64,000 bases of DNA, from NCBI GenBank assembly GCA_015056365.1, contig SVGM01000016.1, positions 3,826-67,825 on the forward strand, in the 5' to 3' direction. Below the pieces are notes generated by a model. It searched no databases. It had not been told where the DNA came from and worked only from the letters and a program-made list of their open reading frames with translations. Shown here one piece after another: positions 17,532-28,197 of this stretch. The stretch's first letter is position 1. Each line of letters begins with the position of its first letter. The DNA is from Clostridiales bacterium. GTDB lineage: Bacteria; Bacillota; Clostridia; Christensenellales; Aristaeellaceae. The translations under genes and the position numbers were made by a program.

Positions 17532-19330
17532 ACGGTGGACGTGGTGCAGGCCGCGGGCCTGCCTTTGCCAAACCCAAAGAAAAAAACAGCGTGGTACTTT
17601 TAAAGCTGTGGCATTACCTGGCAAAATACCGCTGGATCATCATTTTTGCCGCCGTTCTTTCCATTCTGGGCAATGCGCTGGGGCTGCTCTCGCCCCGCCT
17701 TTCCGGCGCGGCTATCAATGCCATCGAGAACAACGCCGGCGTGCAGTTCCCTATCGTTATTCGTTATGTGATCCTGATGGTCGTTGTAGCCGCAGCATCT
17801 TCGCTCATCGGCTGGGGGCTTTCTGCCATCATGATCCGCCTCAGCCGCAACGTGGTAAGCAAAATGCGCAAGGATCTCTTTGACCATCTTACCACTTTGC
17901 CCATCTCTTTCTTTGATACCCATCAAACCGGTGATGTGCTTTCCATCCTCTCCTACGATGTCGATACGGTGGGCGCAACGCTTTCCACCGACCTGACTCA
18001 AATCATTTCCAGTCTGGTGACGGTGGTGGGCTCCTTCATCATGATGGTGTCCATTGCGCCGGAGCTTCTGCTGGTATTTGTGGTCACCATCCCCTGCTCC
18101 ATCGCCATCACCCGATGGCGGGCAAAGATCGTGCGGCCTTTATTTTCCAAGCGCAGCCGCATGTTGGGCGCTATGAACGGCTATTCCGAGGAGGCCGTCA
18201 GCGGTCTGAAAACCATCCGTGCCTATCATCAGGAGCAGGAGTTCAACGACCGCTTCAAGACCCACAACGACAACGCTGTCCACGCTACATGGCATGCCGA
18301 CCACACCGCTGCCGTTACCGGCCCCACGGTCAACCTGATCAACAACCTCTCGCTGGCTGCGGTCAGCGTGTTCGGTGCGCTACTCTACATGGGCGGTAAG
18401 ATCCTCCTTGGCGACGTAAGCTCCTTCGTTCTCTATTCCCGGAAATTCTCCGGTCCTATCAACGAATTTGCCAATATTCTGGCGGAGATCCAATCCTCCC
18501 TTGCGGCAGCTGAGCGTGTGCTGGGATTGCTTGCCCTCACCCCCGAGCCTGCCGACGCGCCGGATGCCAAATCCATTGCCGATTGCCGGGGACACATTGA
18601 ATTCAGGGATGTCTCGTTCGGCTACGAAGAGGACAACACGGTGCTGCATCATATCAACTTCACAGCTGCTCCAGGCAAGGTGATGGCCATCGTGGGCGAA
18701 ACCGGCTGCGGCAAAACTACCATGATCAACCTGCTCATGCGCTTCTATGATGTGACGGCGGGTCAGATCCTGCTGGACGGCGCAGATATCCGCAGCCTGA
18801 AAAGGGAAGAACTGCGGCGGCAGTTCACCATGGTGCTGCAGGATACATGGCTCTTTGACGGCACGGTGTTCGAAAACATTGCCTACGGACGTGACGGCGT
18901 GACCCGCGAAGACGTGGAAGCCGCCGCCAAAGCCGCCCATATTCACGATATGATCCTCTCCCTGCCAAACGGCTACGATACCATCGTCACAGGCAGCGGA
19001 AACAGCATCTCCAAAGGACAGAAGCAGCTGCTCACCATCGCCCGGGCTATGCTGATCTCCTCTCCCATGCTGATCCTTGACGAAGCCACTTCCAACGTGG
19101 ACACCCAGACAGAAAAGCGCATTCAAGACGCCATGCTCCAACTGATGCAGGGACGTACCTGCTTCATCATCGCTCACCGGCTGTCCACCATCACCGGTGC
19201 TGATTGCATACTGGTGATGGATAAAGGCCGCATCGTGGAGAGCGGAACCCATCAGGAACTTTTGCAGAAAAAGGGAACTTATTTCGAGCTCTACCACGCC
19301 CAGTTCGACCGTCCTCAGGACGCTGCATAA
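17528..19330 (+). CDS. ABC exporter, fused permease/ATPase (half transporter 2)
   Basis: Its start overlaps the upstream stop (ATGA). Walker A (GETGCGKTT), signature (ISKGQKQLL) and Walker B (LILDEATS) are present. Confidence 0.92.
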   Translation: MNGGRGAGRGPAFAKPKEKNSVVLLKLWHYLAKYRWIIIFAAVLSILGNALGLLSPRLSGAAINAIENNAGVQFPIVIRYVILMVVVAAASSLIGWGLSAIMIRLSRNVVSKMRKDLFDHLTTLPISFFDTHQTGDVLSILSYDVDTVGATLSTDLTQIISSLVTVVGSFIMMVSIAPELLLVFVVTIPCSIAITRWRAKIVRPLFSKRSRMLGAMNGYSEEAVSGLKTIRAYHQEQEFNDRFKTHNDNAVHATWHADHTAAVTGPTVNLINNLSLAAVSVFGALLYMGGKILLGDVSSFVLYSRKFSGPINEFANILAEIQSSLAAAERVLGLLALTPEPADAPDAKSIADCRGHIEFRDVSFGYEEDNTVLHHINFTAAPGKVMAIVGETGCGKTTMINLLMRFYDVTAGQILLDGADIRSLKREELRRQFTMVLQDTWLFDGTVFENIAYGRDGVTREDVEAAAKAAHIHDMILSLPNGYDTIVTGSGNSISKGQKQLLTIARAMLISSPMLILDEATSNVDTQTEKRIQDAMLQLMQGRTCFIIAHRLSTITGADCILVMDKGRIVESGTHQELLQKKGTYFELYHAQFDRPQDAA

Positions 19331-19403
19331 TGGGCGCAACTGAAGAGAGACCTTGCAGGGCAGGGTCTCTCTTCAAGTGCTTAATTCCTGTTTTCTCTTT
19401 GTA

Positions 19404-19432
19404 TTGACACCTATGCGTCATAGGATTATACT
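19404..19432 (+). promoter_or_regulatory. Sigma-A-type promoter (TTGACA-17-TATACT) with a palindrome in the spacer
   Basis: TTGACA lies at 19404-19409 and TATACT at 19427-19432. The spacer contains CCTATGcgtCATAGG. Confidence 0.5.
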
Positions 19433-19513
19433 TATTGTGTATATTGGATTTATTATGTTTTTACCTGCACTTTGTGCTATCATTCGCATACACCCGTGCA
19501 TAGGGAGGCCACC

Positions 19514-20992
19514 ATGCGTAATCGTCGCTTTTTCCTTACCCAGATCGTGAAGCTACTTTTACAAAGCATTCTTTATATTCTTCTGTTTTCTGCCTTTTTT
19601 GGTTTTCAGTCCATTTCCAACCCGCAGATTTTGAACCTGAGTCGTACCGCTGTTACCACCATGGTGGCATTCTGCTTGAGCACGCTGACACTCTCGGCCG
19701 TTTACGGCGGTTTTGATATTGGAATCCGCAAGAGACGATCTGTTCTTTCCAGCATGTCTCTGACCTTCTTCTTTACCGATATCGTCACCTATCTGTTTTT
19801 GCAGATCATGAACGTTAACCCCCAGAATCCCGAGGCGAATCAACGTCTGATGCTGTGGGGCGAAGACTTTCTCTGGCTGATCGCTGCCATCGCAGTCCAG
19901 CTGGTTTTGATCTATTTGTTTGTCACCATCGGCCATAGACTGTATTACCGGATCAATCCCCCACAGCGTAGCCTGATCATCACTTCTTCACAGGAGCTGG
20001 CCAATCAGGTAGCTCGCAAGCTGGAATCCTACCGTGCCCGCTATCAACTGTGTGAAGTGATCCACTACGAATGTCCCGACGTCAAAAAGACCATTTTGGA
20101 GCACGAAGTCATCTTTCTGGCGGGCATTCCCGATACGGAGGAAGGCCTTCTGGAGGCCTACTGCTATAAGCACCATCGTTCCATTTACCTGATGGCTGAA
20201 CTGGAAGACGTGATCATTTCCACTGCCGAAAGCGCCATCTTAGACGATATGCCATTCTTGTCCATCCATCGTGTGGAGCCCACCATCATGCAGCGCTTTT
20301 TCAAGCGTCTGATCGATATCGTCTGTAGCCTCAGCGGCCTGATCATCACCAGCCCTATTCTGTTGATCACTGCACTGCTGATCAAGCTTACCGATAATGG
20401 CTCCGTCTTCTTCCGCCAAAAACGCGCCACCATTGACGGCAAAGTATTTGAGATCGTCAAATTCCGTACCATGTATGAGCAGGATAGAGACGTGGAGCAG
20501 TATTCTGCCCAGAAGGATGACGCCCGCGTAACCCCCCTTGGCAACTTCCTTCGCAAATACCGCATCGACGAGCTTCCCCAGTTGTACAATGTACTCAAGG
20601 GCGAGATGAGCATGGTGGGACCGCGTCCGGAGATGCTGGAAAACGTGGACAAATACACCCGCGAGGTGCCGGAATTCCGCTATCGTCAGCAGATGAAAGC
20701 CGGTCTGACCGGTCTTGCCCAGATCGAAGGCAAATACAACACGTCGCCCAAGGATAAAGCCATGCTGGACCTGCTCTATATTGAGCAGTTTTCTCTGGCG
20801 CAGGATTTCAAGCTGATGCTGCGTACGCTGACCGTGTTTTTCCGCCGCGACAGTACCGAAGGCTTCGGTGAAGTCACCTCCAACTGTCCCAAGATGCGCG
20901 TTACCGCAAAAGAACGCCCGGAAAGCAGTGTTCCTGCCAAAGCCAACGGCGTACCGAAGAAGGACGAAACGCCTATGCGAACCGCGCTGTAA
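19514..20992 (+). CDS. Polyprenyl-phosphate hexose-1-phosphate transferase (WbaP/EpsE-type priming sugar transferase)
   Basis: Multi-TM N-terminus plus a C-terminal bacterial sugar-transferase domain (GSVFFRQKRATIDGKVFEIVKFRTM, DELPQLYNVLKGEMSMVGPRP). ATG 19514 follows a GGGAGG SD. Confidence 0.9.
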   Translation: MRNRRFFLTQIVKLLLQSILYILLFSAFFGFQSISNPQILNLSRTAVTTMVAFCLSTLTLSAVYGGFDIGIRKRRSVLSSMSLTFFFTDIVTYLFLQIMNVNPQNPEANQRLMLWGEDFLWLIAAIAVQLVLIYLFVTIGHRLYYRINPPQRSLIITSSQELANQVARKLESYRARYQLCEVIHYECPDVKKTILEHEVIFLAGIPDTEEGLLEAYCYKHHRSIYLMAELEDVIISTAESAILDDMPFLSIHRVEPTIMQRFFKRLIDIVCSLSGLIITSPILLITALLIKLTDNGSVFFRQKRATIDGKVFEIVKFRTMYEQDRDVEQYSAQKDDARVTPLGNFLRKYRIDELPQLYNVLKGEMSMVGPRPEMLENVDKYTREVPEFRYRQQMKAGLTGLAQIEGKYNTSPKDKAMLDLLYIEQFSLAQDFKLMLRTLTVFFRRDSTEGFGEVTSNCPKMRVTAKERPESSVPAKANGVPKKDETPMRTAL

Positions 20993-21062
20993 ACGTTTTG
21001 TTCCATCCGAAAAACAGTCGGATGTGCACAAATAGACACCCTATCGGAAAGGATGAGCAATC

Positions 21063-21968
21063 ATGGATAAGACCCTCTTGATCATGGCAGCAGGTATGGG
21101 TTCCCGCTACGGCGGCGACAAACAGATCGACGGTATGGGCCCCAACAACGAGGTGCTGATGCTTTACTCCATTTACGACGCCATCAACGCCGGCTTCACC
21201 AAAGTTGTGTTTATCATCAAGCACTCCTTTGAAGAACGTTTCCGCGCGCTGGTTGGCGATGTGGTGAAGGACAAGATTAAGGTGGAATACGCTTTCCAGG
21301 AGCTCAATGATCTGCCCGCCGGTCTCAGCGTTCCCGCTGAGCGTGTCAAGCCCCTGGGCACCGTTCAGGCAATCCTCTCCGCCAAAGATCTGATTCACGA
21401 GCCCTTTGCCGTCATCAATGCCGATGACTACTATGGGGTTTCTGCCTTCCGTACCATGGCAGATCATCTCTCCAATCTGGCGCCCGAAAAGCAGGGCTGC
21501 ATGGTGGGCTACTACCTGAAGAACACCGTCAGCGAGCACGGTCACGTGACCCGCGGCGTGTGCGGTGTGGACGAAGAAGGTCATCTCACCTCCGTGACCG
21601 AGACCTACAAGATCCAGCCCTTCCCCGACGGTACCATCCGCGATACGGAAAACGACCCGAATGGCGTCATTCTGGATCCCGAATGCCTGGTAAGCATGAA
21701 TTTCTTCGGCTTCACCCCCTGGCTGTTTGAGAAAGCCGAAGAGCGCTTTGTTGCGTTTATGAAGTCCCTCTCCCCCACGGAGTTGAAGGCAGAATACGTG
21801 CTGCCGGTTCTGGTGGATCAGCTCATGCACGAAGACGGCCTGAAGGTGGATATGCTCACCACGGACGCAGTTTGGTTCGGCGTTACTTATCAGGAAGATA
21901 AGCCCTATGTACAGACAGAGCTAAAAAAGATGCACGACGAGGGCATCTACCCCGAAAAGCTGTTCTAA
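21063..21968 (+). CDS. Sugar-phosphate nucleotidyltransferase (NTP_transferase superfamily; substrate unknown)
   Basis: N-terminal nucleotide-binding loop (LIMAAGMGSRYGGDKQ). 301 aa. Confidence 0.7.
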   Translation: MDKTLLIMAAGMGSRYGGDKQIDGMGPNNEVLMLYSIYDAINAGFTKVVFIIKHSFEERFRALVGDVVKDKIKVEYAFQELNDLPAGLSVPAERVKPLGTVQAILSAKDLIHEPFAVINADDYYGVSAFRTMADHLSNLAPEKQGCMVGYYLKNTVSEHGHVTRGVCGVDEEGHLTSVTETYKIQPFPDGTIRDTENDPNGVILDPECLVSMNFFGFTPWLFEKAEERFVAFMKSLSPTELKAEYVLPVLVDQLMHEDGLKVDMLTTDAVWFGVTYQEDKPYVQTELKKMHDEGIYPEKLF

Positions 21969-21995
21969 GCCAATTTCAGCAGGAGGTACGTTTCA

Positions 21996-23012
21996 ATGAG
22001 GATTCTTCTTTCCGGCGGTGCGGGATTCATTGGTTCTCATACTTATGTGGAGCTGATCAATGCAGGACATGAAGCGGTGATCGTTGATAACCTCTACAAT
22101 GCCAGCGACCGTGTGTTCCAGCGTCTGGAAGCCATCACGGGCAAGCCGGTGGTGTTCTGCAATGCCGACGTAGCCGACAAAGCCGCCCTGTCCGAAGTTT
22201 TCCAGAAGTATTCCTTTGACGCCGTCATCCACTTTGCCGGCTACAAGGCAGTAGGCGAAAGTGTCGTCAAGCCGCTGGAGTATTATCGCAATAACCTGGA
22301 TACCACGCTGACCCTGTGCGAGTGTATGCGTGAATACGGCGTCAAGCGCATCGTATTTTCATCCTCTGCCACGGTCTACGGTATGATCGAAACCATGCCG
22401 CTGGTGGAAACCATGACCTCTGCAGGATGTACCAATCCCTACGGATGGACCAAGTACATGAACGAACGGATTCTTTTGGATGCCGCTCAGGCCATGCCGG
22501 ACTGGTCCATTGCGCTGCTTCGCTACTTCAACCCCATCGGCGCTCACGAAAGCGGCACCATCGGCGAAGATCCCGTCGGTATCCCCAACAACCTGATGCC
22601 CTATATCACCCAGGTGGCTTCCGGCAAGCTGGATCATCTGAGCGTCTTCGGCGATGATTACAACACCCATGACGGCACCGGTGTACGTGATTATATCCAC
22701 GTAGTCGATCTGGCCAAGGGCCACGTAGCCGCCTGCGAATATCTGATGGAGCATCAGGGCGCCGAGATCATCAATCTGGGTACCGGCGTTGGCTACAGCG
22801 TTCTGGACCTGGTAAACGCCTTCCAGCGGGTGAACAACATCGAACTGCCCTACGTGATCGTAGACCGCCGCCCCGGCGACATCGCCACCTGCTATGCCGA
22901 CCCCGCCAAGGCCAAAGAGCTGCTGGGCTGGCAGGCAGAAAAGACACTGGACGACATGTGCCGCGATGCATGGCGCTGGCAGAGCCAGAATCCTAACGGT
23001 TACAGAGACTGA
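21996..23012 (+). CDS. galE: UDP-glucose 4-epimerase
   Basis: Rossmann motif GGAGFIGSH, catalytic YxxxK (YGWTKYMNE), and a typical GalE C-terminus. Confidence 0.93.
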   Translation: MRILLSGGAGFIGSHTYVELINAGHEAVIVDNLYNASDRVFQRLEAITGKPVVFCNADVADKAALSEVFQKYSFDAVIHFAGYKAVGESVVKPLEYYRNNLDTTLTLCECMREYGVKRIVFSSSATVYGMIETMPLVETMTSAGCTNPYGWTKYMNERILLDAAQAMPDWSIALLRYFNPIGAHESGTIGEDPVGIPNNLMPYITQVASGKLDHLSVFGDDYNTHDGTGVRDYIHVVDLAKGHVAACEYLMEHQGAEIINLGTGVGYSVLDLVNAFQRVNNIELPYVIVDRRPGDIATCYADPAKAKELLGWQAEKTLDDMCRDAWRWQSQNPNGYRD

Positions 23013-23038
23013 TCCGACAGCAAAACCATCATTTATGA

Positions 23039-23067
23039 GGGAAGCCGATAACCCGGCTTCCCTTTTT
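23039..23067 (+). terminator. Intrinsic terminator after galE
   Basis: GGGAAGCCG pairs with CGGCTTCCC, followed by TTTTT. Confidence 0.75.
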
Positions 23068-23074
23068 CAATTGA

Positions 23075-23106
23075 AAAGAGGTCAGAGCCGAAGCTCTGAC
23101 CTCTTT
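23075..23106. terminator. Second hairpin in the galE/groEL convergent gap (probable groEL terminator)
   Basis: A 14-bp stem (AAAGAGGTCAGAGC pairs with GCTCTGACCTCTTT) with a 4-nt loop. Confidence 0.55.
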
Positions 23107-23121
23107 GAATTTTTGAAGCGA

Positions 23122-24765
<1,644 letters not shown>

Positions 24766-24795
24766 TCAAACTGCTTATTTTCACAAAAGCGGGGA

Positions 24796-25122
<327 letters not shown>

Positions 25123-25149
25123 TTAGCACTCGGTTTCATCGAGTGCTAA
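25123..25149 (-). promoter_or_regulatory. CIRCE operator (HrcA binding site)
   Basis: An exact match to the consensus: TTAGCACTC-N9-GAGTGCTAA (TTAGCACTCggtttcatcGAGTGCTAA). It lies between the groES promoter and the start codon. Confidence 0.95.
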
Positions 25150-25160
25150 CAACCTTTGTT

Positions 25161-25189
25161 AGTTTACGTTATTTCTTCCATAGGTGCAA
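25161..25189 (-). promoter_or_regulatory. Sigma-A-type promoter for groES-groEL (TTGCAC-17-TAAACT)
   Basis: On the minus strand, TTGCAC lies at 25184-25189 and TAAACT at 25161-25166. CIRCE begins 12 nt downstream of the -10. Confidence 0.5.
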
Positions 25190-25385
25190 GCGGTTAATCA
25201 ACCAAATTTAGGGATTTTTTTGATTTTTGAAGTCAATTTTGTTTTTGTTTTGTATGTTTTCTCGTTTTATTTTCTGTTTGCTCTTCTTTTTATTATTTTT
25301 CTTTAGATTTTAGATTACGCAGGACGGATGCTGGCGGATCTGACCAGCCTATGATACAATCAAAGCAGAAAGGAAGGGAAAACAC

Positions 25386-26441
25386 ATGGTTCAAAAGCCC
25401 TCCACGCTGTTGCTGAAATGGTACGACCGCGTCAAACGCGATCTGCCCTGGCGGCACACCCAAAACCCTTATCACATCTGGCTGAGCGAAATTATGCTGC
25501 AGCAAACCCGTGTAGAAACGGTTAAGGGATACTACGCACGCTTCCTGGAACGCTGCCCTACGGTGGAAGCGCTTGCCGGCGCGCCTGAGCAAGACGTACT
25601 CAAGCTCTGGGAGGGGTTGGGCTACTATAGCCGTGCCCGGAACCTGCAAAAGGCTGCGCAGGTGATCACCAACCAGTACAATGGCATTTTTCCGTCCACT
25701 TATGACCAGATCCTTGCTCTGCCGGGCGTCGGCCCGTATACAGCTGGCGCTATCGCCAGCATCGCCTTTGGCGAACGTGTACCTGCGGTGGACGGCAACG
25801 TTTACCGCGTCGCTTCGAGATTTTTCGGCATACGCGAAGATATAGGAGTTCCTACCGTGCAGCGCAGGATCCGTGCGCTGGTACAGGACAGCATCCCCAC
25901 GAGCCGTCCCGGCGACTATAATCAGGCACTGATGGAACTGGGCGCAACCCTGTGCAGTCCTCATGCCCCTGGCTGTGAGGAATGTCCCTGGCATGACTTG
26001 TGCGACGCCTGCCAAGAAGGAGACGCGGACAGCCTGCCCATTCACGAAAAAAAGCAGCCGCCCAAAGAAATGGACATGGCCGTATGCCTGATGACCTGCG
26101 AAGGACGCATTCTGGTGGCACAGCGTCAGGAGCGGATGCTTCGGGGGCTCTATGTGTTTCAGCTGCTCGAGGATGAAATACGTCCTGAACGCATCCAAGC
26201 TGCATTGGATGAAGAAGGCCTTGCCTGCCGTTTCGTGCAGGTCTTAGGCGAAGCGAAGCACGTCTTCACACACCGGATATGGAATATGACGCTGCTGCAC
26301 TTCTCGCTTGCTTTCATTCCTGATGACTCCTGGATGAAGCAGCATCAGGCGCAGCTGGTAACCGCCGATGAACTGCGCCGGCTCCCCATGCCCACTGCCA
26401 TGAAAGCTGCCCGTGAGGCTGCGCTGAAGGTATTGGAATGA
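25386..26441 (+). CDS. mutY: A/G-specific adenine DNA glycosylase
   Basis: HhH-GPD core (LPGVGPYTAGAI), an Fe-S cluster loop (CSPHAPGCEECPWHDLC) and a C-terminal NUDIX-like domain. Confidence 0.9.
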   Translation: MVQKPSTLLLKWYDRVKRDLPWRHTQNPYHIWLSEIMLQQTRVETVKGYYARFLERCPTVEALAGAPEQDVLKLWEGLGYYSRARNLQKAAQVITNQYNGIFPSTYDQILALPGVGPYTAGAIASIAFGERVPAVDGNVYRVASRFFGIREDIGVPTVQRRIRALVQDSIPTSRPGDYNQALMELGATLCSPHAPGCEECPWHDLCDACQEGDADSLPIHEKKQPPKEMDMAVCLMTCEGRILVAQRQERMLRGLYVFQLLEDEIRPERIQAALDEEGLACRFVQVLGEAKHVFTHRIWNMTLLHFSLAFIPDDSWMKQHQAQLVTADELRRLPMPTAMKAAREAALKVLE

Positions 26442-26465
26442 GGCTGTCTTTTCTCTCCAATAACA

Positions 26466-26514
26466 AAACGATCTGTCCTCCGGATTGCCGAAGGTCAGAT
26501 CGTTTGTTTATTTT
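26466..26514 (+). terminator. Terminator after mutY
   Basis: AAACGATCTG (26466-26475) pairs with CAGATCGTTT (26496-26505), followed by GTTTATTTT. Confidence 0.6.
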
Positions 26515-26535
26515 CGTTCAATACTCGCAATGATC

Positions 26536-27219
26536 TTACTGCTGAATCTTGACTTCCTTACGCCTCTTCAGCTTGCTGCGAACCATTTCTTCTACTGCTG
26601 CGAATTCCTGCACAGGGCAATTCACGTGCATGGCCTGCCAGAATGCTGGACTGTACAAAAGCAACACAGAGGCTTCGCGCCACAGCCGAACGCGGCCGAT
26701 CTTATCCCATGAAACCTGCTGATGCCGGATCAGCACCAGATTTGGCAGAGCATGGTCGTCGCTTACCAGCTTTTCCACCGACTCCCGGGTCAAAAAACGC
26801 GCGTACAATTGCAGCGGATTCTCCTGTTCCAGATAAACCCAGGCATGCACGCCCTGCTTATCCAGCACATAATGAATACGCTCGCCGCCCTGCATGAGCA
26901 GAAGAAGCAAAACCGCCAGAAGCATTACGCCCAGCAAGATCAGCATGGTGCTCAGAAAGCCTTGTTTCAGCATTCTTTCCACTGCCGCGCTCCCACCAGC
27001 GGCCGCTTCGGCAATCAAGGAAACCGCCATCACCAGCAAAAGAGCCGGTAAGCCCACCCGCAGCAGCTGATTCCAGCAAAACCAGTCCTTCAGCGGCACA
27101 TGGGTGCAGCCAAACGACAGTTGCTGCCCGGTTTTGGGCAGCTTGCCGCCGCAATACACGCAGCTTTCGCCAAGGGGGACTTCCGTTTTGCATTTTTTGC
27201 AATAGTTCACCAGCGGCAT
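26536..27219 (-). CDS. Hypothetical zinc-ribbon membrane protein
   Basis: Start trimmed to MPLVNYCKKCKTEVPLGESCVYCGG (CxxC...CxxC), behind a GAAAGGAGAAAGG SD. Two hydrophobic helices precede a soluble C-terminal domain. Confidence 0.6.
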   Translation of the reverse strand: MPLVNYCKKCKTEVPLGESCVYCGGKLPKTGQQLSFGCTHVPLKDWFCWNQLLRVGLPALLLVMAVSLIAEAAAGGSAAVERMLKQGFLSTMLILLGVMLLAVLLLLLMQGGERIHYVLDKQGVHAWVYLEQENPLQLYARFLTRESVEKLVSDDHALPNLVLIRHQQVSWDKIGRVRLWREASVLLLYSPAFWQAMHVNCPVQEFAAVEEMVRSKLKRRKEVKIQQ

Positions 27220-27299
27220 TGATCCTTTCTCCTTTCGTACGCTCCGGTTCTCCTGCATAAAGCCGATGGTTCCGGGCAAACTGGCCAGTGAGGTGATAT

Positions 27300-27482
27300 A
27301 TGATGATGTCCTATCCCACATTGAGAGAGCTTCTGGAAAATGACCAGCCCAGCCGCCAGCTGTATGCTTCCTTCCCGCCGGATGCGCAGGTTGCCCTGCA
27401 GGAACAGCGGCAGAATATCCATACTTACGACGATCTGCACAACATTGCCGCAAGTTTTACCCTGCGCGATACCGGCAGATAG
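27300..27482 (+). CDS. Small hypothetical protein (60 aa)
   Basis: GAGGTGA SD lies 4-5 nt before the ATG. No overlap with other calls. I do not recognise the product. Confidence 0.4.
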   Translation: MMMSYPTLRELLENDQPSRQLYASFPPDAQVALQEQRQNIHTYDDLHNIAASFTLRDTGR

Positions 27483-27543
27483 GCAAAATGCGGAGTCATG
27501 GTTCATAGGGTATAGGGAAAACTGTCCGAAAGGAGCATTTCCT

Positions 27544-28197
27544 ATGACCCAAAATCAGCAACCTGGTTCCATCTGCGCTGAGGAATACACCGTCAAACGC
27601 GGCGACAGCTTTTACCTGATTGCACACAAGCTTGGAGTTCCGCTGCGCGACCTGTTAGCTGCCAATCGGGATATCCATCCAGCCCGCCTGATGGTGGGTG
27701 ATGTGCTGTGCATTCCCCGGGAGGCGGACGACAGCATTCAAAACGGACCCGGAAGCGGCAGCGGTAACACCGGCAGCAACGGAACCGTTAACGGCGGTGA
27801 AATGAACGGCATCAACAACGATGGCCTTCCCGGCACTAACGACTCGTCACCCGATCAGGGCAGCACCGGGCTTTCCTGCCCCATCGACGAGCAAGTGACC
27901 ATCCAGCAGGGCGAAACCGTGGCCGACATTCAACTGCAGAGCCTACTCAGCAGAAATACCCTGCAAACCGCTAATCCAAGCGTGGATCTGGACACACTCA
28001 GTGCAGGGCAGACCATCTGTGTACCCCGAGAGAACGTGGCTTGTACCTTACCTTCCACCTATACGCTGGTTCAGGGGGAAACGCTGGAAACTGTGGCCAT
28101 GCGCTTCAATCTGCCGCTTGCCAGCCTGCTCAGGGTCAATCCTTGCCTTGCGCCACAGGATTTCGAAGAAGGCGTAACCGTGATCCTGCCCCGTTAA
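27544..28197 (+). CDS. Triple-LysM protein without a signal peptide, with a Gly/Asn/Ser-rich linker
   Basis: Three LysM-like units are visible (YTVKRGDSFYLIAHKLG..., VTIQQGETVADIQ..., YTLVQGETLETVAMRFN...). There is no hydrophobic N-terminus. Confidence 0.8.
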   Translation: MTQNQQPGSICAEEYTVKRGDSFYLIAHKLGVPLRDLLAANRDIHPARLMVGDVLCIPREADDSIQNGPGSGSGNTGSNGTVNGGEMNGINNDGLPGTNDSSPDQGSTGLSCPIDEQVTIQQGETVADIQLQSLLSRNTLQTANPSVDLDTLSAGQTICVPRENVACTLPSTYTLVQGETLETVAMRFNLPLASLLRVNPCLAPQDFEEGVTVILPR

